From Leidyana gryllorum EB-2025a (lineage: Eukaryota; Protista; Apicomplexa): DNA of 64,000 nt. The stretch is taken from positions 139,438 to 203,437 of the forward strand of contig JBLWGC010000216.1 in assembly GCA_048772705.1 (NCBI GenBank), written 5' to 3'. Below the pieces are notes generated by a model that saw only the letters and a program-made list of their open reading frames with translations, ran no database searches and had not been told where the DNA came from. Positions 36,094 to 49,602 of this stretch are shown here, piece after piece. Position 1 is the first letter of the stretch. The number at the start of each line of letters is the position of its first letter. Position numbers and translations under genes: made by a program.

Positions 36094-37665
36094 TCACGAG
36101 CTCGTAGTAACTTCTCGCCGCCCAGTGTAACGATGCTTGAAACCAACGATTTTGGAAGCACCTTGGCCTTGACGAGGCCTCTGGATGAGCCCTGCCGAAT
36201 CACCCTCAGATGGTATTAGATCAGTCGATGGCGGAGAAGCCACAGCCGCCCGAGTACTATGTCCCATTGACAGTAACTGCTCGCTGTCTTCTACCTCTGA
36301 GTACTCATCCTCCCGTACACTTTGATCTCTGCTATGGTGCTCCACAGATGATGAATTAGACACGTTTCCGAATTCAAGACTCGCGGTGGTGGCCACTCTC
36401 AAGCGAAGTGGCTCAGGGGGGAGGACATGGGATCCGGAAAGCTGTGCCCCTACCAGCCCAGGAGCCTTGTCTTCCGCAGCTCCCCCACCCTTGCCTTCGG
36501 AATCGTGTGTTGACAACCTCTGCGTGACTCTCTCCCTATTCGGGTCTTTCGAGGGCATTAGAGTGCCGAACGGGGCAGGATCCGAAGGGGGACGTTGCTG
36601 AGCTGGACACACCGAAGCGGACCTAATGTGCCCAGCACTTCCACTGGACTTCCCGGAGTGATCACTCCACTTCCTGGAGCCTTCACTGCTTTTCTCGCTA
36701 CCTTTCTCTGTGAACATGGGAGGGCGCGCACTGCGCGATCGGCTCTTGCAGAAATTCTGCAAGCCCCAACTGGCTTCTGCTATAGCATTAGAGGCTGAGA
36801 CCTTGTACTCCAGTCTTGTAGCCTTTTTCAATAATTCGTCTCGGTCCTGTAACAAGATTCTCAGCATTGTCTCGTTCCCGCTGCGCATTTCTCCCGGTGC
36901 CGTGTTCAGTGGTTCCGGGTCCCGTTGGTCTCGCTGCTTTTTCACCAGTACAGTCAAGCAGTCCAGTCGTTTCTGCATCTCGCTCTGAGTTGCGGTAATC
37001 GCCTGTAGCTGATCAGTGACTCCAGTCAGGGCCGTGGCCAAGGACGTCAGAGTAGACTGAATGTTCAGGTGACTTTGCACTAGAGCATTCGTGCATGAGG
37101 AAGAAGATCCCGAGGAGTCTGCTTCCGCAGTGGGGTTCGAACCCATATGGACAACCAGTGGCTCTGCTTTGTCATTATGCTGCAATGGGGTCATTTCATC
37201 GTCGGCTGCTGCTGTGGTACTCTGATCTCGAATATCGGGTGGATAGTTCACTGGTGGTCGGGGAATGGGTGCTTGAGGCTGTAAGCCTTCGGACTGCAGC
37301 CTTTCTGTCGTTGCACGCCTGCCATGGGCGATCACCCGAGAGACTCTTCCGGACAGGTAGCTTTCCACTTGGTCTGCGCCTGCAGCTCCATCACTGCTTC
37401 TTTCGCTGGGGTCGCTGTGACTCAATGATCCCAATACTTTTTCCCTCCGATTCCCTCCAAGTCTGGGTTTTGTGGGTGCCTTGGGGATAGACTGAGTGCG
37501 TGAAGAAGAATTGTAGGGCTTGTGATCCGGGAAGAGTGACAGGGGACTAGAAGAGTTGGAGGTGTAGAATGCACTAACTAGCGATTGCTCCGGCTCGTAA
37601 TTCACCTTTTTGGAGCCGGCAAAGTCGTTGGCTCTCTTCACTGCATCAGCGAATATTGGATCCAT
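36094..37665 (-). CDS. Hypothetical low-complexity protein with central coiled coil, 523 aa
   Basis: Long ATG-started ORF; heptad-like LTSLATALTGVTDQLQAI...LDCL. Confidence 0.7.
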   Translation of the reverse strand: MDPIFADAVKRANDFAGSKKVNYEPEQSLVSAFYTSNSSSPLSLFPDHKPYNSSSRTQSIPKAPTKPRLGGNRREKVLGSLSHSDPSERSSDGAAGADQVESYLSGRVSRVIAHGRRATTERLQSEGLQPQAPIPRPPVNYPPDIRDQSTTAAADDEMTPLQHNDKAEPLVVHMGSNPTAEADSSGSSSSCTNALVQSHLNIQSTLTSLATALTGVTDQLQAITATQSEMQKRLDCLTVLVKKQRDQRDPEPLNTAPGEMRSGNETMLRILLQDRDELLKKATRLEYKVSASNAIAEASWGLQNFCKSRSRSARPPMFTEKGSEKSSEGSRKWSDHSGKSSGSAGHIRSASVCPAQQRPPSDPAPFGTLMPSKDPNRERVTQRLSTHDSEGKGGGAAEDKAPGLVGAQLSGSHVLPPEPLRLRVATTASLEFGNVSNSSSVEHHSRDQSVREDEYSEVEDSEQLLSMGHSTRAAVASPPSTDLIPSEGDSAGLIQRPRQGQGASKIVGFKHRYTGRREVTTSS

Positions 37666-37830
37666 TGACTGACTAACTTGCTTAACTTAAGGAGAGGGCG
37701 TGTGTCTCGCTCAAGCACACGTGTGTTGTCAATGTGATGGAGGCAGATTCATGGCCCCCTTTCCAACTAGAGAACCGGCAACCGCCCCCTCCGGCACTAC
37801 TTGAGACTATAAGGCAATATTTCACCAAGT

Positions 37831-39097
37831 ATGGGGCAACACTGCTTGCATATGATTGATGGCAGGGGTGCTGCCGCATCGCTCTCGCTGTATCGGCGAA
37901 TCGCGGTTTCAAATTCAATGCAGCATTGGTTATTCTGGAATCCGGCGTTGACCAGTATTCGCTTTGATGACGACCTGGATGAGCAGCACGGTTTGATCTT
38001 GATGGTGGCAGTTCCGGAAGAGATGTGCCCATCGGGAGACTCTGTTGATTTAGGTATTGGTTGGCTGGTGCTTTGTCGATTGTCATTGTCTGAGCCCTTC
38101 GGTACGGCAGGTCTGTTGAGTAATGAATACCTGATTCTGCCTGGGGACAGCGAATGGTACAAGGTACAGAATTACCTGAACCGTATACGATCTCTGCGGA
38201 CATCGCGACCATTTCCCGAGTTCACATTTGGCTATGCCTTCCCAGAGAGGATGCCAGTGATGAATACGCGTAGACTAGGTGATGATGATGAGATTGGGTT
38301 GCTTAGCGGTGTATGTGTACAGAGACGATGGCCTACGATGTGGCCTCCTGTGGACTGATATTTCTGGCAGCACAATTCGAATCTCGTTTGAGGAAATCGC
38401 TGCAAGGCGCGAATGACTTTGAGGTAGGGGAGATACGGAAAAAATGTGAGAAGTTGATGACGGCAGTTCCGGCTACGTCCGAAAGAGGATGTTGTGATGG
38501 AAATTGACACTCGGAAGATCAAGATTGTAAGTTCGTTCTGGAGTGAAGAGAAGGCTAGTTGGTCTACAGATATTTGCTGAGAAGTTCTCCTCGGTGCGCG
38601 ATCGCTTGCTGGCTGCCCAAATATGCAGCGTGAGGTTCGAGTGAGGGCGAGTGGGGCTGAGGTGCATTGCAGAACATGTGTAAAGCCATTAAGCGTCGAG
38701 AGGAGAATCGTCGATGGAAGATGGCCTTCGAACTGGAGCCGCCGAGTGAGTTTCTGAGTTTCTGGGTGAGGCGATGTTGGTGTGGGTCAGAGGCGAGTTC
38801 GCTGTATGTGTCACGGAAGAGTCGAACGTCTGTGTACGTGACATGGGGTAAGGGAGTGGGAGAGGGGGACGAGTGACGATCGAGTTCAGTTTTGCTGAGG
38901 CCTATCGGCGAAGATGTGAGTTTCAATGTAGTTCTCTCAATTCTGGGTGAGTTGATGTAATTCGTGACGGTGAGGTGGAGTTGTTTATTGCAGCGACTTC
39001 GTTCCGGCCATTTCTGCTTAAGAGTATCAGTCAATTGCGGTTCAAACAGGATCGCGAGTTGAATGAGAGCGCGGACAACTTATTCCGTCCAGGTTGA
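37831..39097 (+). CDS. Hypothetical multi-exon protein; boundaries approximate
   Basis: 175-aa first ORF followed by plus-strand coding-like segments separated by GT-AG candidates. Confidence 0.4.
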
Positions 39098-39114
39098 CCG
39101 CCGAAAAAAAAGTG

Positions 39115-42100
39115 ATGAGACTGAAGGCGTATGGGGAGAGCAGCCGCGAGGTGGCTGAGTTGAAGCGAGCTGTATTGGAGGCTGGACGGAGGCGCGAGAA
39201 CGGAGCCGGTGAAGTCTTGGTGAGCCTATTGGATGCCTGGATCGGCGGGGAACCACGCAGCTGCGATGCGGCTGCTCGGGCAGCGCTTTTAGCTTTGATA
39301 GCCGGAAGTGCCAGTGTAGGTAGAGTTGCAAAGAGTGACGATCAACTAGAACAAGTGGCTTTGGAGTACCTAAAAAGAAGGCTATCTTCGGCCGATGTAC
39401 ATCAAAGTCCCATAACAAGCGCGAGATTGGTCTCTCTCCCGTGGGTGCTCGATGGTGTGGGATTCAAATGCACAGAGAAGATCTCAACCACACAGCTCCG
39501 AGACCTGGCAGCCCTATGTCTGAACTTGGCATCTTTGCGCCAAAATATCTCCCCGTCGACTTTGGTCCAGATTACAGAGTCACTCGCCGTGTTTACCGGA
39601 AGTCCTTTGGCGAGTCAATTAAGCCATCTTGACGGCCTATGGCAAGAACTCGCATCTTTCATTCGTCACATCACCAGTCATCAAGCGGTGTTAGACCGGG
39701 CCTTCGCCAAGTCCCTCGACGACTTGCAACACCATGTGGAACAGAAGATCGGTCCACTGTCTCCTGCCCCCCGAGAGGGCGGAGAGCTCGTCGAAACTTG
39801 CCACCGTGGCGAGATTTTCAAGGTGCCCGTGCCTGTGGTGAAGTATCTCAAAGAGCACTCCCCTGGGGCTTTCGCCTTCATTTATGAAAACTATGAGTTT
39901 CTGAGACCGCTATGGGCGCTCTGCGATCCCTTCAGCCCCTCGCAAGACCTGCAGAAACCACTGGCACTCCTCGAGGCCGCCGGGACGCCGAGCGAGTCGC
40001 CATCCGTTCCACTGTCAGTCGCCAGTAAGTGTCTGGCGATCGGGGTTTACAACTCTCGGATGGAGAAGTACCGCCATTCGCTCTTACTGAACGCCCTCGA
40101 GAGACTCTGTGTCAAGAAGACGGATTGTGTGGACGGAGCCCTCCTGATTCTCTACGCGTGCGCAGGCTGGGAGCTCCGCGAGTTGCCGGATGACGATACA
40201 ATTAAGATCCCCGCGTTGACAGCAGCCTTTAAGGCTGGAATTCTTGACCTTTGTGCCACCGCAGCCAACTGCGTCCACAAAGAGCGCCTTCAAGAGGACA
40301 CCACCGCTCCACCTCCCTACGACGCCGTCTGGCTGCTGATCTTGTTGTACGGTGTCTGTTTCAGTGCCGATGGCCCGGGACGGAAGGCTGGAGACTGCGT
40401 TCTGACCGCTCAACGGCTCATGAAGACCAGTTTCACCAGCGGTCATCTGCTGCTGTGTCAAGCCATCCTGTTTGAGGACAGACTGTCGCTGGAGCAGATC
40501 ATCACGCCTCTTGTGACAGCGTGGTCCCATTGGTTCCCTCCGTGGCTGAGCGCAGAATATTGTTGCGACCTTCTCTTACAGAATGCTGACAGTCTGATCC
40601 GCCACTTCTACCCCTGCTTCTACAACACTTTGATACCTTCAGACGGGGACTCCGGCCACCGTCTGCTGTCGTCTCTGCCCTCTGGGGGTGCTTTCGAGAG
40701 TCTACCGTGTGAAAGAAAGCTCCACTTGATGCGCGTCCTTCTGCGGGCAGGTGGTCCCGCTATCCTCATAGTGCCGGGTGGTTCTGAGGGGGTGGATAAC
40801 TTCCCACCAGACTTCTCCCTCGAGGATAAGATTCGGGTGTGCACCACCGATTGGGCGATGAAGGACAATGTTAAAGGCGCACGGAAGCGGAAGGCGGCCG
40901 AAGATGCATCGTTGGTTCAGCCAGCTGCGGAAAAATACCTGAGAAATTCCGCTCCCACATCAGGATGGCTCATTATGGCATCGCCAAACTGTAGCCAAGT
41001 GGGAATATCGCTACGAATGGTTGAGGATCAGCTCGAAGATTATGACACAGAGATCAGTGTGTCAGCTGCAGCCCTCCTGATGACGGAAAGGTCGCTGCTG
41101 CTGCCACCGCGCACCATCTCGGAGGTTCTGATGATCCAAGACTACGTCCGGCGGGGGATCGAGTGTTCGACCAACAATGACAGCAGAGCTACTCTATTCG
41201 AGCTCGCCGGGAAGTACCTCCGTCGGTGGGCTGAGCCCCTGAAGATGTTGGGGAAAAAAGGTGTGGACACATACGCATCCAACATTCTGAAGGAATTTGC
41301 CTACGGATGGACCAACATGTGTCGATACTACATTGGGCCCGGCCACTGCTTTACCTCAGCGGCAGTTGCCCTCAAGTTGTTACAAATGTTGACTGATCTG
41401 ATCGAAGACCGCACAATATTGCGGGAATTGGTCGACCGAGATCTCCGTGAGAACTTGTTGGATTGCATTGGCAGCAATTGGGACGACGTTCGCATCGGCG
41501 CCACTGCTTTGATAGAACGGCTTGGATCCTTTGAGGACCTCCTCGCCTACGCTCTTCCGGGCACTCTATTCACAGTCCTCAACTTTATGGACCTCTTACT
41601 GCACAGCCCGAAGGTCCGAGACTTCCAGACGGGCTCCTGCTGGTTCAATCTGCTGAGCCGCCACCTTTTGGAGGTCGGGCTCACGCAAGAACAGCTTCAA
41701 GTTGTATCTGATTACTTTGGACATCAGCTCACTGGATTTGTCTGCCCTTCGTCCCGAGTCACTATTGTTGGTTGGCTGAGCTGGCTGACGGCGGTGGTGA
41801 AGTGGGTGGTGAAGACTGTGGAGAACGCCGAAGGGGGACTGCCGTTAGTCCACGGAAAGCTGACCTGTTTGATAGCAGCCATAGAGCACGGCCAACGGGG
41901 GGCGAAGCTGGGCGAGCAAGAGTCCATCGAAGAGTTGATCGAACTCTTGTTGAAAGAGTGTCCAGAGAAGATTCTGTACCCGGTGACACAAATAATGCTC
42001 AAATTCATCGCCCTCGGAGAAGAGAAGGTCCTTCTGTCCCAAGTTATGGATGAGCAATCCGACGAAGACTTTACAAGTTTGGTTCGCGTCGATTGCCGGG

Positions 42101-45100
42101 GTCATCTGGTGTTCGGAACTCACAACGAGACCACTGACCCAACGGCCGCCACGACTACAACGACGACCAATCCGTCAGAAGATAGGGAGAACGAGCCCAC
42201 CCTGCTGCATCCTTCCAGCTTCTCGCGCTTTTGGCTGTCTGTCAAGGCCTGTGGGGACGTCCTCAAAACCATCTTCGCCAGTCTCCCGCAATTGGAAGAC
42301 GCCCGTCACATTCCCGTCGTGCAGAACATTCTGGAACAGGCCGTCATGACTCTCCTGGGCTCACGACATCCGGGTCTCCTCGAGAAATGGTCGGCAGCGG
42401 TGTCTCAGATTGTCTTGATGTGTTCGGGGAGGTTGGGCCGGTCAGCCGCCGTATGGAGTTCCTGGGCCAGAGTTCCCCTCGTCGTCCTCCAAAGAGTGCT
42501 GCGGTCCATTGAGCCGCGCGGTCGGCCGACCAATTCAGAGGACGACGGCCAACACATCACTGTCAATGATCTCTTCTCACTTCCGTCTTCGATGGATTGC
42601 GATCGCTCTCAAATGATTCTGGAAAATTCTGGATGGCTGCTCACTCCGGCCGATCAGAATGATTCCGGGTTCGCTGTTGTGCCTCCACCGCTACGGAAAT
42701 CGGCAGCCCTCTCGGCAGCATTATCCGCCTTACTCGAAGTCAAATTGTTCACAAAACCAAAGGATCACTGTCTATCGACCGACGAAGGCCTCGTTGTTTC
42801 CCACATTGACTTGGGATTCGCGGTCGTGGGCAAACTGCTCTTCTTGGCCACTCTGATCGTTCCTGATGAGCAAGAAGGGTCTGCTTGGCGCGAAGCTATA
42901 ATCACGTCCAAATTCCACGCCCTAAACCTTCTGCGGACTTTGCTGACCCAAAAGCCGGCTATGGTGAGGGCCTTAGTACCCAAATGGTATGAGTGTCAAA
43001 AGGATATCAACTACTCGTTCTTGGCCAAACTAGATGACCTCGACCCGTGTGAAGATCACACACACACACCCATCGTCTTGGGAGACGTGCTGCAAATAGC
43101 TCTGAGTCTGCTGGGCAAAGAGACGGATTTCCGTTTGAAGAATGCGTCGAATCTGTTGTTCACAGCCGTCCAAGACCTCCTGTGTTCTACAGCGAAGCTC
43201 AACGAGACGTCCGGCACCGCTTCTGAACTTCTCAACGAGGAGATTGAGGGCCAAGGGAACTTTTATCTGGCCAATGTGGAGACAGTGGCCCGGAGAGCCC
43301 ACCATCCGGTATCCAAGTCGCTTGAAACCACATTGATCCACTGCCCGAGACTATACGACGCGCTGCAAAGGGTTTTGCGAACTCCGGACGCTGATGAAGA
43401 GGAGGAAAGAGCTTTATTGGTCTTCCTATCTCTGCAGCAGCCTCCTGATGTGTCGTTCCTGTCGGTGGTGAATATGATTGAGCGGTTGTGCACTCCCGAC
43501 TCAACACTTACGGTGGAGACGCCGGCAACATCGGAGTCCACTAAAGGCCTCCCTGTAGGCTGGCACACCGCCCTGTTGCAGTCTGTGGTGGCTCGGGCTA
43601 AGACTGCTGACACTTATTTCTTACGGTCACTTCTGGCGGGAATTTTGATCAGTGTGAGCGGTCGGATATGCAGTTTCGCCCGACAGTCCGAATGCGAGAA
43701 GTGTCTGAAACTCCTTTTGCTTACGGATGTTGACAAATCTATCCACGTACGGTTACTTTTCACTCGTGGTCTGCTGCGCCTGATACATCTCGACTACACA
43801 ACTGCTCGAGTCCAACAGAGTATGTGGTTGTGGAGTCGCTGTGCTGATCAACTGGTCGATATTCTGGTCAAACTGACAGACTCAAACGATCAAATCGCTC
43901 TCACCGAGGGCCTTTTGTGTTTGGAGGAGCTTTTGGTGCTCATTGGTGATCACAGAGAGGATGCGTCTCTCAATCGCAAAATATCGGGGTACCTTGAAGG
44001 AGAGTTCTCACCGCTCAAGAGTGACGATCACTTTGTCGCCGTTGTGGCCCACGCGCGGGTTTGGACCCGTTTTGTTAACCGCGTCGACGATCTGTCGGCC
44101 TTTCTGCTGGCACTCAACGGCCAAAGCAACCCACAGATCATCGAAGAATGTCTGCTGACGGCCGTGCGCCTGCCCTGGAAGCCAATAGCATCCGGGCGTC
44201 TCTTCACTTGGCTGAGCCACCGGATCAAAGAGCAGTTGACTTCGCCCTTGGCAGAGGCCTTCGCCCGATTGGTCTGCCAGATGGCGCGAGAAAAGCAATC
44301 CATCGAAGCCGAATGTCTCGAAAACCTTCAAGAATGGTCTAATCAATACCCCCGGTTCGAGCGATTGGCAGTGATAGTGTCTGAAATACTCATTCTCTGC
44401 CAATACGACCCCTCTGCTGAGAAAGTGGGACTCCGGAGGACATTGGCGTTATGCCATCCCTCAACGGATACACGCGTCCGCCGCGAAGCGGCCAGGGTAA
44501 GTCACAACTAATGAGTGTTTCTACAATAATACTGTCTTAGGTTGCAATGTTGGCCTGGCAACGGGACCCTGCGACACGGGCAATAATGGCCGCTACAGTT
44601 CTGCTGTTGGCCACCGACGAGTCTTTGGACGATATTCGAATGCCAACACGGGTCGCTCTACTGGGGCGGCGGGGAACTTTGGATGAGTGTGTGGAGGCGT
44701 GGAGTGAACAGGTTGGCAGCGACGAGAGAGCTGCCGCTTTTGCTCAACTCACAGCCCCGGGCACTCGCAATGCGTTGGTGTCGTTACGAGTCGGGTTGGA
44801 GGAGGCTCTACGCGTACATTATGGAGTCACCTGGCAGCCGGATGGGAGCATTAAGTACTCTCCTGACGCATTCTTCGATGATGAGTACGAGAACGTGCTG
44901 AACTGTGACACTCATTTGCTCGAGTTAGTGCAGCGGCTGAACGGCTACGCGTGTATTATCCCCGAGACGTCACCCGAACGTCGCAAGTACACCGAGTTTC
45001 TTGCAGCACACATTCAAAGTGTGTGGAAGGTGGATGTGAGCGAGTATTTACGGCGACATTGTATACAGTCAGATATGTTGAAAGGTCTATGCTTGGCGTT

Positions 45101-45110
45101 GGGTAGTTAG
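39115..45110 (+). CDS. THADA: THADA / Trm732-like HEAT/ARM-repeat tRNA methylation cofactor (DUF2428), one intron near 44497-44540
   Basis: SRHPG, RKSAAL, HALNLLRTLL and RLKNASNLLF occur in the order of the THADA motifs RHxG, RRSAG, HALNILRAL and VRNSSTLLF. Confidence 0.75.
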
Positions 45111-45145
45111 CAGACGAGTGTCTGTAGGTGGAACAAACTCACAGT

Positions 45146-46318
45146 ATGGACAATAGCAATCCTCTGGGCCCCTCTGTGGAAGAGAGGTTACGGCAGATTG
45201 AAGCCGCCGAGAAAGCGTCGATAGCCCGGCGTGCCAGTTACAAGGAGCCTGTATTTCCTGGGACGGAACCGGTCCGACGAGCCACACTGGTCCCCACTTC
45301 CAGTGCTTCGAAGCCCGTTGTACCTCAGCCCCCTGCTGCGAAGGCGCCACCTCAGCCACCTCCATTGAAAGGTGCAACTCCGGTCAGATCGGTAACAACT
45401 CAGTTCCGATCTCCCAGCCCTCCGGCAGCCAGTCAGGACGCCGGCGGTCGATCACTGATCCTCAATCTTGACGGTCTGGACAAACGGCAACAGCAACGTC
45501 GGGCTTCGTTACCAAGTCCTCGGGCATTAGACAGTGCTCTACCCACCGCCAAGGCTGCTGTGACCCCACCTCAACCAGGCCCATCAATCGTCCCGAGATC
45601 CGGACGAAGGGCAACTTTACCCAATAGACCGACAGTTCAGCCCCTCACAGCCACAGACTCGCGTGATTCAGCAGTCTTCAATATGCAAGGACACGACTCT
45701 GGCGAGGATGCGGCTTTCAAGGAGATCGCGGACGCTCCACGTCTGCACGATCTGCCAGCAGGAATGCTGGCGGCGGATGATTTTGACTCAGTCGTTGACC
45801 TCTACAACTTGAGAGAGACTTTTGGATGGTTTTCTCCAGCTCGTATCGACTCCGAGAAATGGTGGGAGTTTGATGCTGTCAGTATAACGCTCAAAGACTC
45901 GCGAACCCAAACGGCGGTTTGGCGAAAAGTTGCCGTAGAAGCCGACACGTACACCGCGACAGTGCGACTCTTCGATGTGGAGAAGAAAGTCTTCTTGTCC
46001 TCACGCCTTGACTACAACAAAACTCCTTCAACGCGCCCCAGCGGAATCAACCATTGCGTGGGACTCGATCTCGGACGCGGACGCCCTCCCCTGGAGCAGT
46101 GGGAGCACTTTGTGTCTCTCTGGCTGGAAGGCCGGAGGATGCCAGTGACCATTATCAGCAACAACTCAATGCACATTCAAGAAGTAACTCGCGTCATCTG
46201 CCTGATCCAAGCGTACAGATTACGCATTCGACAGGAGGCCGAGTACCATGACCACATGTGGAAGATACTGGAAGAGGAAACGATTGCCTATGAAGCTGAT
46301 ACTAGTGCACTTTGTTAG
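45146..46318 (+). CDS. Hypothetical protein: Pro-rich N-half with RRA[ST] motifs, globular C-half
   Basis: ~390-aa ORF from ATG 45146. Confidence 0.7.
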   Translation: MDNSNPLGPSVEERLRQIEAAEKASIARRASYKEPVFPGTEPVRRATLVPTSSASKPVVPQPPAAKAPPQPPPLKGATPVRSVTTQFRSPSPPAASQDAGGRSLILNLDGLDKRQQQRRASLPSPRALDSALPTAKAAVTPPQPGPSIVPRSGRRATLPNRPTVQPLTATDSRDSAVFNMQGHDSGEDAAFKEIADAPRLHDLPAGMLAADDFDSVVDLYNLRETFGWFSPARIDSEKWWEFDAVSITLKDSRTQTAVWRKVAVEADTYTATVRLFDVEKKVFLSSRLDYNKTPSTRPSGINHCVGLDLGRGRPPLEQWEHFVSLWLEGRRMPVTIISNNSMHIQEVTRVICLIQAYRLRIRQEAEYHDHMWKILEEETIAYEADTSALC

Positions 46319-46357
46319 TGATCTTTGTTGTAATTTTGGGGAGTGACCGATGGCCTA

Positions 46358-49300
46358 ATGTTGCCTTGCCGGGCTTTGTGTGTAAAGTTCCAATGCAACT
46401 GCCGCGATACCAGGCCTGGTGATACCCTGCTAGTAGTTGGTTCTCACCAATTGCTGGGAAATTGGGACCCCCACGCTGGGCGACCACTCGATACCGATTC
46501 ACGGAGCTTCCCAGTCTGGAGTAGTGCTGAGGTGGACGTTTCAGAAGCCGTCCCGGACCAAACCAAGCGCAAACTCCGCGTTGTCCCCAATCAAATTGAG
46601 TATAAATATGTCATCAAACGCAGCGACAATTCTGTTGTGTGGGAGCCAATCGCCAACAATAGACGTGTACATTTTGAACTGCTGGACGTGACCAAATACG
46701 TCTGGGGGCTCGAGTGCGTCTTTGAGAATACATGGGGTTCTGAGGGACAGTCACTAATCACCCATCAGGCACTGCCACCAGTCTTGCCGAGCCCCTCGAG
46801 TAGAGATTGTAAGTGTTGTGCTCTCTTATTATGCACGCGGCCGTTCGTGCGGGATTTCCTCAATATATTCGGTGTTCTACGCTCGTGTGCTGTGCTGTGC
46901 TGCGCGTGGCCTTCTCCGTCCTCGGCTGTGGGTGTTGTGTTCCAGGCTCTCCTGACCCTTTGGTCGCAACTTGTTGCACTGCACAGAGCTGCGCTAATCC
47001 CCGTACTGCACTGAGAGCACCACTCTCTCCTTTGTAGCCACCGCTGATATGCAAACAACATTGATTTACTTTCGTCATCAGGGCCTCATAACGGCTCGGA
47101 CTCACCGCTTCCAGAGTTCGGGGAGCCGAAATCTGGCTTGCACGGCCGGTCACGTATGGGCCAGAGCAAGCAGATTGGGAGCCCCGGTTCCCCGTTTGGT
47201 CGGGCTCCCTTTGTTAATCCTGAGGATGGAGAAGTTACGCCTGGCAAAAAGGTGTCTCACACGTCTACACCAGCGACTAAATTGAGTGCTAGGTGAGAGA
47301 AGGGTGTTGTGGGCGGACCACAGGTCGACACACACACACACACACTTACTCACAGAGATACCGGCCGTGGGAAGCCAATCCGTCGTGATCTGTTTATTTT
47401 AGCCAATTCCGGTCCCATAACGACGCGTTATCGTCAGTTGCACACTGTGGGTCGGGGTACTTGGGGAGAAGTTCGGGCTGTCGTGGACATTGCCACGGGT
47501 GCTAAGCGAGCCGCCAAGAAGATCCCCAAGTACTTTGTAGAAGATGCCGATCGATTTCGACAAGTAAGTTGCCTCTTTAGAGAGTCAGATGGACCATAGC
47601 CACACCTTCTTGTACCCTAAAGGAGATCGACATTATGAAATGTTTGGACCACCCGAATATAGTCCGTCTGTTTGAGTCATTCGAGGATGCCACCGACATT
47701 TATTTGGTGATGGATTTCTGTGCCGGTGAGGGGCTGAGCCTTGGCACAGCGGGATAGGCTGTTGCTTGGGTGGTGCGTGGAAGTGGTACAATGTTGGCGG
47801 ATAGGTGGCGAACTATTCGATCGTCTGGTTGACGAAGGCACGTTTGATGAGGCCTTGGCTTCCCGTATCATGCAGCAGATCCTGCAAGCGGTCGCCTATT
47901 GTCACTCTCGTCGTGTTGCCCACCGGGACCTGAAACCCGAAAACTTCCTCTTCCTGAATTCATCGCCGTGGTCAGCTTTGAAGCTTATAGATTTCGGATT
48001 GGCTGCGCGGTTTTCGCCAGGCGAGCCTTTACGAACAAAGGCAGGAACGCCTTATTACGTTTCACCTCAAGTCTTAGAAGGCCGTTATGGTCCAGAGTGT
48101 GATGTGTGGTCAGCAGGTGTTATCATGTATATTCTCTTATGCGGATATCCACCGTTCAATTCGTACAGTGATCGAGGTATTATGACAAAGGTACGGGGGA
48201 CGGGCGTTTATACGGTGGCGAAATCGGGAATCGATGTCAATGTCAATGCGCCCTTAACAACGATGAGATCGGCGCGTGTGTAGGTGAAGACTGCGGAAGT
48301 AACTTTCCCCAAGGCGGAATGGGATTCAGTGTCGGCGGAAGCCAAACAGCTCATAGACTCACTCTTGGTGAAGAATCCCCGTCAAAGGGCGACGGCAGAA
48401 CAGGTGACAGACAAACACAATTCGAGTCGAACATTCAATCATTCTCCGCCCGCAGGCCCTGAAACATCCCTGGTTTAAACTCGCAGAGCGGCAGCAAGAC
48501 AACCTTTCCCACGGCCTAATGCCCACGCCATCCCGATTCGGGTTGGAGATGCTGGAAAAGTTCAGGTACGACCACAGAGTGGCTGCTGCTAAGGAGTGAC
48601 TGGCTTCTGCAGACGTTTCCAGGGGCTGAGTAGGCTGAAGAAGATTGCTTTGACCATTATGGCTCAGCATATAGATGAGGAAGAGATTGCAGGTACACAT
48701 CTGATCTCCGCTCCTGTTCACCTCCTCACGTCCCCTTAATAACTCACTGTCACTTTCCCTTTCGTGATAGGCCTCAAGGAAGTTTTCATGGCATTGGACA
48801 CCAGTGGGGATGGAGTGCTGACTCTCGATGAGATTCGGGAGGGGATTCGTCGAAGTGGGATCCGGAAACTGCCGACCGATCTCGATGCCCTGCTGATGGA
48901 AGTTGATACCTCGCGTACGGGTGCGATAGACTTCACAGGTATGGAGGGAGTGTTACACTTTCAGTTTCTAAAGTTTCTAATTCTCCCCCCTGTCCAACAG
49001 AGTTTATAGCAGCGTGTCTTCATCAGTCACAGTACAAACAGGACGAGATGTGCCGCAAGGCATTCACTGTCCTGGATATTAACCACGATGGCAAGATCAG
49101 TGCTGAAGAGCTGGAGAGAGTATTTGCCCTGGCATCCGGAAACACTAAGAATGGACGGGTCGACCACGGCGACTTTTGCGAAGTCCACGGTAAGGGACAG
49201 CCAGCCGCGGCGCATGCGTCTCAATGGCGAATCTATTTTTTGACAGATGCGCTCATGGAAGCAGACGCTGATGGCGACGGAGAGATCAGTTTTCAGGAAT

Positions 49301-49479
49301 TTGTGAGTTTAATGCGGCGAGGTGAGCCAAGTTTGGGCGTTGACCCCCGAAGCCGCCCCCTCTGCAGTGCCCTCAAGAACTCTGCTTGGAACAAACCCCG
49401 AGGAAGCTGCTGGTATGATGCGGCGAGTGTCTTCAAGGCCAAGTATTGCTCGAGGGTTCGTGTCCGGTCTCAAGTCTGA
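46358..49479 (+). CDS. CDPK2: Calcium-dependent protein kinase 2 with N-terminal CBM20 starch-binding domain, multi-exon; 3' end approximate
   Basis: CBM20 ([29 protein letters not shown]); kinase ([42 protein letters not shown]); four EF-hands (DTSGDG, DTSRTG, DINHDG, DADGDG). Confidence 0.9.
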
Positions 49480-49602
49480 TATTGACTGGACTGACTCTCT
49501 GCCGCAGTGGGTGCCTCAGAGATCTGCGTCGTTGGGCTGCTGGGAAGGAGTACAAGTACCTGAAGACTGACAAGTAGAAAAAAAAAGTTCCGGAGAAGCA
49601 TA

